Below, piece by piece: positions 1 to 8,635 of a DNA stretch of 64,000 nucleotides. Every line of letters begins with the position of its first letter. Position 1 is the stretch's first letter. The position numbers were made by a program, and so were the translations under genes. The stretch lies in contig CALLKX010000057.1 in assembly GCA_938083085.1 (NCBI GenBank), forward strand, positions 15,994 through 79,993. Direction: 5' to 3'. The DNA comes from an uncultured bacterium (GTDB taxonomy: Bacteria > Planctomycetota > UBA1135 > GCA-002686595). Under the pieces are notes generated by a model. The model was not told the DNA's origin. It did not search any database and saw nothing but the letters and a program-made list of their open reading frames with translations.

Positions 1-1710
1 AAGTACCCCCACCTTGTGGGGACGGTCCTGGCCCTCGTCCCCCCGGAGCCCGTGGAGCGGCTGGGCCCAGGAGCCAGTCTCGAGGCGCACAAGGAGATCG
101 CCACGCGTCTACGCAAGCGTGGACGGGTCGTCGTGGCGGTGATCTCGAGCTTCGCGGCGCCGGCGGTGTACCTCATCGCCGCCCGCTTCCTCGCGGGGCG
201 CTTCGCGTTCCTGGCCGGGCTCCTGCTCGCGACGAGCCTGCTCCACATTTGCTTCTCGGTCCAGGCCCGGCCCCACGGCCCGGTCTCGGCGATGACCGCC
301 CTGGCGATCCTCTGCGCAATCCGGTGGCGTGAGAGGCCCTCGCTGCCAAGGGCGATCGTGCTCGGCTTCTCCGTCGCCGCCTCCGTGAGCACGCTCCACT
401 CCGGCGCTGCGGCCCTCGCGCCCGCAGCGGCCGCCCTGTTCGGGCTCATGCGCTCCACCGCGCCGCGGGCGAAGGTCCTCCTGGGGACTCTCCTGGCCCT
501 CGTGATCGTCTCGGCGTCCACCGGCTGGTTCTACATCCGAGCGGAGGACGGATTTGGCCAAGACCCCACGCGGTCCGCGGGTGCGATCGCGAAGCGAACC
601 GGGGGCCTGGGAGACGCGAAGCTCGACCAGGTCGCCAAGACAGGACGCTCCTCCGAGGAGGTCAACAAGGACCGGATGGTCATCGCGTTCAGCGGGCACG
701 TCGTCCCCTTGTCGCACTTCAACGGCTACGGCTTCGTGGTCGCCGCTGAGACCCTCGCGTCCTACGACCCGATCATCCTGTTCTTCTGCGGGCTCGCGCT
801 TCTCGGCCTCGTGGCCATGGCTCGACGCCGGCGCAGCCTCGCAGGGGAAGGCTCCCGTTCTGCAGCGAGCGCTGCCTGGATCACCGCGGCCTACGGGGTT
901 CCCACGCTCCTGGTCTACGGGATCTACCAGAGGAGCACCGACCGGTTCTACCTGGCGCTGATCCCCGTCACCTGCATCCTCGCGGCCTACGGCATGTCCT
1001 GGCTCGCCTCGCGCAGGCTGCCCCGCGCCGTCACCGGTAGCATCCTGACCGCGGCCGTGGGCACCATGGTGCTGGCCGCGGCCCTGGCGGGAAGCCTCCG
1101 GGTCCAGCCCGACACCTACATGATCGCGGCCGACACCGTGCTCGAGCTTGGCGAAGACGGCGACCCGCTGATCTACCTGGCGGAGGTCAGCGGGATCCCC
1201 CTGATGGCCAGGGCCGAGATGATCCAACAGGATGCGATCTGGTCCCGCGGGCCGTGGGACACCTACCAGTGGCACATCCTTCATCCCGAGAAACGACTCC
1301 TCGTCGGAGAGAGCCGATCCGCCAGCCGCGAGGATGCCGCGCCCCCTGGAGAGGCGGCCGCGCGCCTCGGACAGCGCCTCATGCCGGCTCAGCTGGCGAC
1401 CCGGGTCAAGCTCTTCCACGCGGAGGACAAGGCAGCGGTCGCGTTGGAGGCCCTGGCCGAAGCCGACCCCGACGTCGTCTTGATCTCCACCTCCCCTGCG
1501 CTCCGCAAGGGGCTCATCGGGCCGACGGCGATCCGCGACGCCTGGATGGCGGCGGTCCGTGCTGACGGCCGATGGGAGCTCGATCGGACGATCAAGAATT
1601 CGTCCAGCGAGCGGCGCTACCCGCTCGGATACAAGCTGGGCTTCCGGGACGTCTTCGCGAACGACGCGCGCGGCCCTGAAATCGAGGTCTGGACAAGACG
1701 CGAGGACTGA
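1..1710 (+). CDS. Polytopic membrane protein, probable GT-C fold (ArnT/PMT-like) glycosyltransferase; 5'-truncated by the window edge
   Basis: Frame is open from base 1 (KYPHLVGTV...). Many hydrophobic TM segments, a 'QARPH' loop and an 'RFYLALIP' motif, then a soluble C-terminal domain. Confidence 0.55.
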   Translation, partial: KYPHLVGTVLALVPPEPVERLGPGASLEAHKEIATRLRKRGRVVVAVISSFAAPAVYLIAARFLAGRFAFLAGLLLATSLLHICFSVQARPHGPVSAMTALAILCAIRWRERPSLPRAIVLGFSVAASVSTLHSGAAALAPAAAALFGLMRSTAPRAKVLLGTLLALVIVSASTGWFYIRAEDGFGQDPTRSAGAIAKRTGGLGDAKLDQVAKTGRSSEEVNKDRMVIAFSGHVVPLSHFNGYGFVVAAETLASYDPIILFFCGLALLGLVAMARRRRSLAGEGSRSAASAAWITAAYGVPTLLVYGIYQRSTDRFYLALIPVTCILAAYGMSWLASRRLPRAVTGSILTAAVGTMVLAAALAGSLRVQPDTYMIAADTVLELGEDGDPLIYLAEVSGIPLMARAEMIQQDAIWSRGPWDTYQWHILHPEKRLLVGESRSASREDAAPPGEAAARLGQRLMPAQLATRVKLFHAEDKAAVALEALAEADPDVVLISTSPALRKGLIGPTAIRDAWMAAVRADGRWELDRTIKNSSSERRYPLGYKLGFRDVFANDARGPEIEVWTRRED

Positions 1711-1828
1711 GCGGCTCGGCGGTGCCCCGCGCCTCCTGAGCTCCCCCTCCCCTTCCTTGCTCCGCCTCGGAGCTTGGACCTCCTCTCCACCGATCGCGTG
1801 GCACGGTGCACGCCGCACCTGATCCGTG

Positions 1829-1834
1829 TAGGGT
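1829..1834 (+). promoter_or_regulatory. Putative -10 element (TAGGGT) of a leaderless rnd transcript
   Basis: TANNNT hexamer followed by 7 nt and then ATG 1842; no Shine-Dalgarno sequence. Confidence 0.45.
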
Positions 1835-1841
1835 CCTCGCC

Positions 1842-3002
1842 ATGCTGATTGCCGACACCGACACCCTCCAGGACTTCTGCCAGGAGCTAGAAGGCGCTCC
1901 CTACCTGGCGGTCGACACCGAGTTCCTTCGAGAGAAGACCTATCACGCGCGGCTTTGCCTCGTGCAGGTCGCCTACGGCGAGCACGCTGCCGCGATCGAT
2001 CCCCTGGCAGACGGCATGGATATGGCGCCGCTGGGCCGCCTGCTCTCTCGCACATCCACGGTCAAGGTCCTCCACTCAGCCTCCCAGGACCTCGGGATCT
2101 TCCTGCGCTCCATGGGGCACATCCCCGGCCCCGTCTTCGATACGCAGATCGCCGCGTCGGTCTGCGGGTTCGGACATCAGCCTGGGTACGCAGGGCTGGT
2201 GGAGTCCATGCTCGGTGTTTCCATCGACAAGACCAACCAGGCGACAGACTGGTCCCTGCGCCCCCTCACCGATAGTCAGGTGGACTATGCGATTGGCGAT
2301 GTGACGCACCTCTGCGTCATCTACGAACGACTGCTGGCCGCCCTCGAGGAGCGAGGCCGGGCCTCCTGGGTCGAGGAAGAGATGAACGCGCTGATGGACC
2401 CGGCGAAGTACCGAGTCGATCCAGAGACCGCGTACTGGCGCATCAAGATCCGGCGGCCCAGTCCGAAGAACCTGGTGGTCCTGAAGGCACTCGCGCGATG
2501 GCGCGAGGAGACCGCGGTGGAACGCGATCTGCCGCGGAACTGGGTCGTGAGGGACGAGGCCTTGGCAGAGATCGCGCAGCACTTCCCTACGGACGCTCGC
2601 GCGCTGGCCCGGGTCCGCGGGCTCAAGGAGTCCGTCGCCGCAGGCGCCTATGGGAAGGCGATCCTCGCCGCCCAAGAGGATGCCCTCGCCACACCCGAGG
2701 AGGAGTGGCCCGTGCCTTCGAGCTCCGGTCCGCCCCCCGCCGGAACCGATTCCGTCGTGGCGCTCCTTCAGGCCCTCTTGAAGCTGCGCTCCGAGGCCGC
2801 CGAGGTGGCCTCGCCGATGATCGCAAAGCGCGAAGATCTTGAGCACATCGCGATGGGCAAGCTCACGGACGTCCCTGCCCTGAGCGGTTGGCGTCGGGAT
2901 ATCTTCGGCGAGGATGCAGAGGCTCTGGTGTCGGGGAGGCTCGCGTTGACCGGCTCCTCCAATGGCGCGCTGGAGGTCCGGCTCCCCGCCAGCGAGACCT
3001 GA
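1842..3002 (+). CDS. rnd: Ribonuclease D (DEDDy 3'-5' exonuclease plus HRDC)
   Basis: VDTEFLREKTY, LCLVQ, KVLHSASQD, FDTQIAA, DWSLRPL, YAIGDV; HRDC segment WREETAVERDLPRNWV; C-terminal LSGWRRDIFG. ATG 1842 preferred over GTG 1806. Confidence 0.93.
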   Translation: MLIADTDTLQDFCQELEGAPYLAVDTEFLREKTYHARLCLVQVAYGEHAAAIDPLADGMDMAPLGRLLSRTSTVKVLHSASQDLGIFLRSMGHIPGPVFDTQIAASVCGFGHQPGYAGLVESMLGVSIDKTNQATDWSLRPLTDSQVDYAIGDVTHLCVIYERLLAALEERGRASWVEEEMNALMDPAKYRVDPETAYWRIKIRRPSPKNLVVLKALARWREETAVERDLPRNWVVRDEALAEIAQHFPTDARALARVRGLKESVAAGAYGKAILAAQEDALATPEEEWPVPSSSGPPPAGTDSVVALLQALLKLRSEAAEVASPMIAKREDLEHIAMGKLTDVPALSGWRRDIFGEDAEALVSGRLALTGSSNGALEVRLPASET

Positions 3003-3161
3003 TTCCGACGAAGGCGAGCCCGGCCGAGGGCGCCGAAGAGGCGACCAACGGCTCCGAGGAGCCCGCCGACAGCACCGAACTGGGGGCGCGACTCTCCAAC
3101 CCAGCGCAGCGCGCCATGCACCGCGGATCCACGCCGCCCAGGCAGACGAGGGCCTTTGGCC

Positions 3162-4118
3162 CTAGCGTTCGATGAGCAGGACCCGGTCCCCCTCGCGACC
3201 GAAGCCCTCGAGTTCGAGCCGATCTCGGTGCACGGTCACCACGGCGTAGCTGGTCTCGTCCGTGTCGACCATGCCCTTCAGGGTCACGTAGTGCACGCCG
3301 TTGTGAAGCTCGTAGGCGCCGGCGTGGTTGTGCCCGTTGATGTAGGCGCGCACGTTAGGGAAGGCCTCGATCAGCTCGACGACCTCGGCCGCGTTCCAGA
3401 GGTTGTGGCCAGGGTCCAGGGGCAGGACCGGAAAGTGGCAGTACAGCACCACATCCTCGCCGGCCGCCTCGGCGGCCGCGAGCGCGCCGGCCAGCCAGTC
3501 CAGCTGCTCCGCGCCGAGGGCGCCGTTCCATGGACGGCTGCCAGCTGTCGCCTCGAGCATGGCCTCGGCAGCCCTGCGCTCGGGGCTGCCCTCGCTCGAG
3601 GACTGGATGCTGATGTCATTGCCGTCCAGGACGATGAAGCGCCAACCGCCCGAGGTGAAGGCGTGGAAGCGCGACGGCATGCCGAGGGCCGCGACGACGT
3701 CCTGCTTACGCTCGTCCGCGACCGAGTAGTCGTGGTTGCCCAGGACGTGGTAGCCCGGCGCCTCCAGACGTTCGAAGATCGGACCGACAGCGGCGAAGCT
3801 CTGGAAGTCACGATCGATAAAGTCACCGAGGTGCACCACGTGCTCGAGCTCGAGCTGGTTCAAGTGCTCGACGCAGCGGGCAAGCTTGGCGTCCGACATC
3901 GAGTACTTGCGCACGCCCTCTCCCACCACGCTGCAGTACTGGCAGTCCGCAATCGCTCCGAAGGAGAAGCTCGCCAGGGCCTCGGGACTCCGGCCGACCT
4001 GGGGCGCGGCGCAGGCGAAGAGCCCCGCGGAGAGCACGGCGGCGGTCCGTACCGGAGCGCCCACACGAAGGGCACGCCGATGAAGAACGCTGAGTCGAGA
4101 GTCGCGGGGGGTCGGCAT
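3162..4118 (-). CDS. Calcineurin-like metallophosphoesterase, ADP-ribose/CDP-alcohol diphosphatase (ADPRibase-Mn)-like; probable lipoprotein
   Basis: ADCQY, HLGDFID, LGNHD, LDGND, WNGALGAEQLDWL, CHFP, GHNHAG motifs; lipobox-like LFAC. The start codon is uncertain. Confidence 0.8.
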   Translation of the reverse strand: MPTPRDSRLSVLHRRALRVGAPVRTAAVLSAGLFACAAPQVGRSPEALASFSFGAIADCQYCSVVGEGVRKYSMSDAKLARCVEHLNQLELEHVVHLGDFIDRDFQSFAAVGPIFERLEAPGYHVLGNHDYSVADERKQDVVAALGMPSRFHAFTSGGWRFIVLDGNDISIQSSSEGSPERRAAEAMLEATAGSRPWNGALGAEQLDWLAGALAAAEAAGEDVVLYCHFPVLPLDPGHNLWNAAEVVELIEAFPNVRAYINGHNHAGAYELHNGVHYVTLKGMVDTDETSYAVVTVHRDRLELEGFGREGDRVLLIER

Positions 4119-4334
4119 CGGGGGGGTCCTCGGGGAAGCTGGCGGCGAGTAGAGGCTGCCCACGCCGTGGGGCAGCGTGGCGGCGATCGATTTGGATTCA
4201 GCGGCGGACCGGACGTTCCAGGTCGACCTCGCCCCCCATCGGGTCCGCGGTCTGGTCGTGGTCACCCGGGCTGGAGTGGGCCTGGACGGCGCGGTGACGG
4301 CCCGCCGCTGGGCCTGCCGCGAAGCCATGGGCAC

Positions 4335-5003
4335 CTACTCGATCGGTATCTGCACCTCGTTGCGCCGGAAGAACGGGATCGTCCAGGGCGGGTCGTAGGC
4401 CGCCGAGCGCGGGGCGTCGGTCGCCACCAGATCCCTCTCCGCCATCCACGCCCGCAGGCGTTCTGTCTGCTCCTCGATTGACCTGGTCGAGCGGAGGCCC
4501 GAGTAACGCACCACCGCGACCTTGAGGCCCGGCAGCACGGCCAGCTCGACGTTCGGGTCGGTCGGCACGGGGAGGGTCTCCATGGTGTATTCACGGGGCA
4601 GCACAAAGGTCTGCACCCAGGTGCCCTCAGCCGGCTCCTCCTGGAAGACCGGTGTGGTCATCGCGATCGACTCGCTCTCCGGCTCGTCCGAGGTCTCGAC
4701 CTCCTCCTGAAAGACGGGCGTGGTCATCGCGACGCTGTCCCGGGTCACGTTCTTGCCGAAGATGTAGCCGCCCAATCGTCGGAAGGCGGCGCTGCCCGCC
4801 TCCCCGAGGTCGCCGGTCGTGACCGTGCGCGCGACGAGGGCGTCCTCGTACTGGCGCACCTCGAACTTGCCGTCGTCGAAGAGCACCTCGTGGGCGGCCT
4901 CCTCGTAACCCGAGCGGATGCCGAAGACAGAGCCGCCTCCGAGCAGGCCGCCGACGAGGGCTGCGCCGAGCGTCCCGAGGCCGAATTTGGTGCGAGTCTT
5001 CAT
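4335..5003 (-). CDS. SOUL family heme-binding protein
   Basis: FEVRQY, AFRRLGGYIFGKN, IAMTTPV, FVLP, LPVPTDPNV, YDPPWTIPFFRRNEV; N-terminal signal or anchor. Confidence 0.92.
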   Translation of the reverse strand: MKTRTKFGLGTLGAALVGGLLGGGSVFGIRSGYEEAAHEVLFDDGKFEVRQYEDALVARTVTTGDLGEAGSAAFRRLGGYIFGKNVTRDSVAMTTPVFQEEVETSDEPESESIAMTTPVFQEEPAEGTWVQTFVLPREYTMETLPVPTDPNVELAVLPGLKVAVVRYSGLRSTRSIEEQTERLRAWMAERDLVATDAPRSAAYDPPWTIPFFRRNEVQIPIE

Positions 5004-5321
5004 GGGGAGCTAGGTCAGAGAGAGGGGGCGCTTCAAAGGCAGGTTACGAGAGACCGGCCCGGAGATCTCCAGAGGAGCGCTGCACCCGTTCGAGAAGGTC
5101 GGGGACTGCGGGCCACAGCGGTCGCCGCCGCTGCGTCCTCGAGATTGCCCGGAAGGGGCCGGCTCGAGTGCGTGGGGCGATTCCAGGCAAGGCCAGCAGC
5201 GTCCCCAGGGCGGCACGCCGGCCCACTCCCCTCTCGCCCCTGATCTCCTCGACCGATCCCGAGCCCTGGACCTCATGCCTATTCCCTGCGTCCGACCGTC
5301 AGCCCGGCGTCGCCCAGCACC

Positions 5322-7601
5322 CTAGCGGTCCTCGACCAAGAGACCCTCGGCGTCCGGCTGGCGCATCGTCCTGGAGCGCCAGGAGTCGAAGGGCAAGAGC
5401 GCGCGGCGGGCGCGAGCGGCGTGATCCAAGCGCCGGATCTGCGCGGTGGGGATCGAGAGCGTGCCGAGGTCGTCATGCTCGAGCACGAGGCGGCCGCCCT
5501 CGGATCGCCGGGCGGTCCCATGGAGCACCGCCTCCTCTACCACCGGGCCGCTGGGGTTGCCCAGCGATCCAAGCGTGACTTGCCAGTCCCCGTCCGCGAC
5601 CGCGGCGCCGGCCCGAGGGTCACGATCCACGCGGACCCAGCCCGCGAGCCGCTGGATCGGGACGGCGATGCCAGAGCTGGCGCCGCCCGTGAGGCGTGCC
5701 TGACTATCCTTGATCCCCTGAAGGTCCGCGCGCAAGAGGTCCCCGTTGCGGGCCAGGAAGAGCTGCTCTCCCGGACTGGCAGCCTCGGACCGCGGGACAG
5801 CGAGCGCCCAGGAGAGTCGCAGCGCGTCCCCATCGCGCGTCATCTTGGACGGCTTGAGCGTCAGGTCCATCGCCTCCCCCGCCAGGGGGCCGCTCCGGTA
5901 GAAGGGGTGCTGGGTGAGCTTCGACGTCCGGTTCATGAACACACTCGAGGCGAGGAGGACGGCCTTGATCCGCTCCTGCTTGAGCCGCACCTCCCCTTCT
6001 CGAAGGGGCGTCCTCACCGTGACGGTCTCACGGTCGGCCCCGAGCACGAGCGCGGGGAAGCGCTGTCCGTCCTCGAGCACAATGACACTCGGAAAGGCCC
6101 GGTCGGTTGCGGGGCTCGCGGCGGACCGCCTCGTGAGGCTGAACGGCACGCCGTGGGGAACAGCGATGGGCTCCTTGAACCCGAAGACCTGGAGCCTGGG
6201 CTGCGGCCGGCCCTCCACCATCTCGAAGCCCGCGAGCTTCACGTTGACGGTGGGCCGGCCCTCCAGCTCGAGGCTGGCGGCCGGAATGCTGCTACCGCCC
6301 ACCGACGACCGCTGCCGGAAGTGCCAAAGCTCGTCGAGGGGGAGGGTCACCGTGGCCTCAGCCCAGCGAGGAACGAATTGCAGCCCACCTCGGACGAGGG
6401 TGAGGTCTCGCCCTTCGATCGACTCACCGTCCCGGCAGGTCACCCGATACCAGCCGGTATCGGGTTCGACGGCGTCGAGTGCCTCGCGATCCCCCCCCAC
6501 GGCGGCCCGGATTCCCCGAGAGCGATCGAAGTCGACCGTCCCGGCCTCCAGCTCGAAGGTCCGGGCCTCAGGATCGAACCCTCGGACACGGTCCAGCATC
6601 ACCGTCTGCTCGACAGCGACCCGGCCAGGCTCCGCACTGGCGGCCAACCCCACCTCCGCCCGCATGATCCTCATGGGCTGTGCGAGCCTCGTGATGAGCA
6701 CCGAGTCCCGTTGGCCCGGCCGATCCAACTCGGCGCCGATCATCGAGACCCGACCCGACGGCTCCTCCGCGCTCGCGAGCCGCACCCGCTCCCCGTCGAT
6801 CTCGAACCGGAGGACGACGGAGCTGTCATCGCCGAGCTCGAGCCCTGTCTCCATCAGGTCGAGGTCCTCGCCGTCGAAGGAGTAGAGCACGAGCTCGCGG
6901 TCCCAGGGCTCCACCACCACGCCTCCGATCGAATCACGCCGATGGTCGCCTCCCAGGTGAATCCGGAACTCCGGCTCGCCCTCCCAGGAGAGCTCCAGCA
7001 ACAAGCGGTCCCCGTAGTCGAGGCATCGGCGCGTCGCCGTGGCCCCTGGCGTCGTGAGCAGGAGCGCGGCGCCGTCGGTCTGCACATCGCTCGCGCCCTC
7101 GTTCCGGTCCATCCACGGTCCCCAGAGGGGGCGCGCCGGACCGTCGGTGTCTGCCAGCTCCGGGGGCAGGAGGTCGCCGCACTCCTCGAGGGGGATCTGG
7201 AAGACGCCCAGTCGAGAGCTCTCGAAGCGGACGAAGCCGTCCTCGATCGAGAGCACGCGACCGCGCAGGTTCTGACGCCGCTTGAGGGTCAGCAGGTCCC
7301 GCCCCGTCTCGGGGAGCAGCGGGAGCCGCAGCCCCTCTGGCGCCGTGACCAGGGAGGTCACCGCCTCGAGGTCCAGGGTCGCGGGCGCCCCGTAGGGGTC
7401 CACTTCGAGACGAAGCTCGCCCTCCTCCGAGACGAGCGCGGGGCCCGTGTACTGGGAGTCGTCCCGTAGGAGGACGGAGACCTGAAGCACCTGCGCGCCA
7501 GCCTGCACGCCAGCCTGCACGCCAGCCTCTTGGCCCGCCAAAGGCGGCAGCGCCAGGGCGACCGCCGTCAGCCCGCTGAGGATCCAAGGGTGAGCCCTCA
7601 T
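5322..7601 (-). CDS. Secreted hypothetical protein with repeated small beta modules; last gene of the DUF58/vWA operon
   Basis: ATG 7601 overlaps the upstream stop (ATGA) and gives a signal peptide (MRAHPWILSGLTAVALALPPLAG). Recurrent motifs LLRDDSQYTG, CRDGESIEG, LEDGQRFPA, ARNGDLLRA. Confidence 0.7.
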   Translation of the reverse strand: MRAHPWILSGLTAVALALPPLAGQEAGVQAGVQAGAQVLQVSVLLRDDSQYTGPALVSEEGELRLEVDPYGAPATLDLEAVTSLVTAPEGLRLPLLPETGRDLLTLKRRQNLRGRVLSIEDGFVRFESSRLGVFQIPLEECGDLLPPELADTDGPARPLWGPWMDRNEGASDVQTDGAALLLTTPGATATRRCLDYGDRLLLELSWEGEPEFRIHLGGDHRRDSIGGVVVEPWDRELVLYSFDGEDLDLMETGLELGDDSSVVLRFEIDGERVRLASAEEPSGRVSMIGAELDRPGQRDSVLITRLAQPMRIMRAEVGLAASAEPGRVAVEQTVMLDRVRGFDPEARTFELEAGTVDFDRSRGIRAAVGGDREALDAVEPDTGWYRVTCRDGESIEGRDLTLVRGGLQFVPRWAEATVTLPLDELWHFRQRSSVGGSSIPAASLELEGRPTVNVKLAGFEMVEGRPQPRLQVFGFKEPIAVPHGVPFSLTRRSAASPATDRAFPSVIVLEDGQRFPALVLGADRETVTVRTPLREGEVRLKQERIKAVLLASSVFMNRTSKLTQHPFYRSGPLAGEAMDLTLKPSKMTRDGDALRLSWALAVPRSEAASPGEQLFLARNGDLLRADLQGIKDSQARLTGGASSGIAVPIQRLAGWVRVDRDPRAGAAVADGDWQVTLGSLGNPSGPVVEEAVLHGTARRSEGGRLVLEHDDLGTLSIPTAQIRRLDHAARARRALLPFDSWRSRTMRQPDAEGLLVEDR
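7490..7525. repeat. In-frame 12-bp tandem repeat x3 (AGVQ)
   Basis: CCTGCRCGCCAG x3, just after the signal peptide. Confidence 0.8.
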
Positions 7602-8635
7602 CGTTCGTAGACCGGCAGGAGGGTGTACTCGAGCGCCCCAGAGAGGAGCAGCATGGCCGTCTGATAGGCCGGCCCCTGGAACGACGCCGCGATGACGATC
7701 CGGCCGTCCTCGCCCTGTCGCAGGAGCAGGTCGTTCGTGTTCTTCGCGCTCCACGCGCGCCACGCGGCGTGGTCGAGTTGGAAGAGCGCCTGCGAGACGT
7801 AGTAGCGGGAGTAGCACGGGTGGGCCGAGCTGGTGGACTCCACGGAGCGCGAGACGACGTAGCTGCGCAGCGCGTCGTCCGGCAGTGGCCGCTTCGCCAC
7901 CGAGCGGCAGAGGGCGACGATGGAGGATCGCGCGAGCGAGTCACCGAACCCGCCCGTCCCCGAGTAGGAGACGGTCCCCGACTCGGTGGTCATCGAGTCC
8001 AGGTAGCCCAGGGCGTTCTCGATGGACTCGTCGGGGACCGGCACGCCCGCGTTGCGTGCGCCCAGGAGGCCCATCAGGATCGCGCCCGTGACGGACGAGT
8101 CCGCGTCGGAGGAGCTCGGCGAGTAGCGCCAGGCCTTGAACGGGTTCTGCTTCTGCGAGGTCACCGCGCAGCGCACCGCCAGCCGCAGGGATTCCCCGAT
8201 CGAGCGCTCCAGCTCGAGGTCCTTGTCCTCGAACAGCCGCTCATCCAGGGCGCCAAAGCAGTCCGCGAGGCAGAGCATCGCGAACCCGTGCTCGTACATC
8301 CCGCTGCCGATCTGTCCGGAGGACCGGCTCTGCTGGGCGATGAGCGAGCGAAGCCCTCGGCGGATGCTATCCGCGTACTTGCCGTGGTTGGGGTCCTGTC
8401 CCGAGGCGAGCAGCGCCATGATGCAGATGCCGCTGACCCCGGCGCTGCTCTCCCAGGAGCCGCCGTCCGCCTGCTGGCTGATGATGAACTCCGCGCCTCG
8501 CTCGTGGAGCCGCCGGTGGGCCGGGGACACGGGCGCGCCCGTGCGCACCTCCTGACCCTGCACCGGGGAGAGGAACGTCACCAGCGCGGCCAGGACCACC
8601 GCGACTCTCGCCCTTCCAACTCTCGTGTTCATCAT
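7598..8635 (-). CDS. Secreted prenyltransferase/squalene-oxidase-repeat (alpha/alpha barrel) protein
   Basis: Signal peptide; QW-like repeats QQADGGSW, SQKQNPFKAWRY, RQGEDG; MYEHGFAML and ADSSVTG; C-terminal LLPVYER. No DxDD cyclase motif. Confidence 0.8.
   Translation of the reverse strand: MMNTRVGRARVAVVLAALVTFLSPVQGQEVRTGAPVSPAHRRLHERGAEFIISQQADGGSWESSAGVSGICIMALLASGQDPNHGKYADSIRRGLRSLIAQQSRSSGQIGSGMYEHGFAMLCLADCFGALDERLFEDKDLELERSIGESLRLAVRCAVTSQKQNPFKAWRYSPSSSDADSSVTGAILMGLLGARNAGVPVPDESIENALGYLDSMTTESGTVSYSGTGGFGDSLARSSIVALCRSVAKRPLPDDALRSYVVSRSVESTSSAHPCYSRYYVSQALFQLDHAAWRAWSAKNTNDLLLRQGEDGRIVIAASFQGPAYQTAMLLLSGALEYTLLPVYER

Noticed and set aside
1800-1815. Sigma-54 promoter (TGGCACG-N4-ACGC) before rnd
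   Set aside because: The -12 element lacks TTGC, and a well-placed TAGGGT -10 box explains the start better.
109-2055. Long antisense or alternative-frame ORFs (e.g. 109-2055, 5421-7469, 13712-16039, 48365-50755, 61722-63473)
   Set aside because: Typical stop-poor shadow ORFs of high-GC genes, with no recognisable motifs.
7598-8635. Squalene-hopene cyclase or terpene cluster
   Set aside because: About half the expected length, has a signal peptide, no DxDD motif, and no isoprenoid genes nearby.
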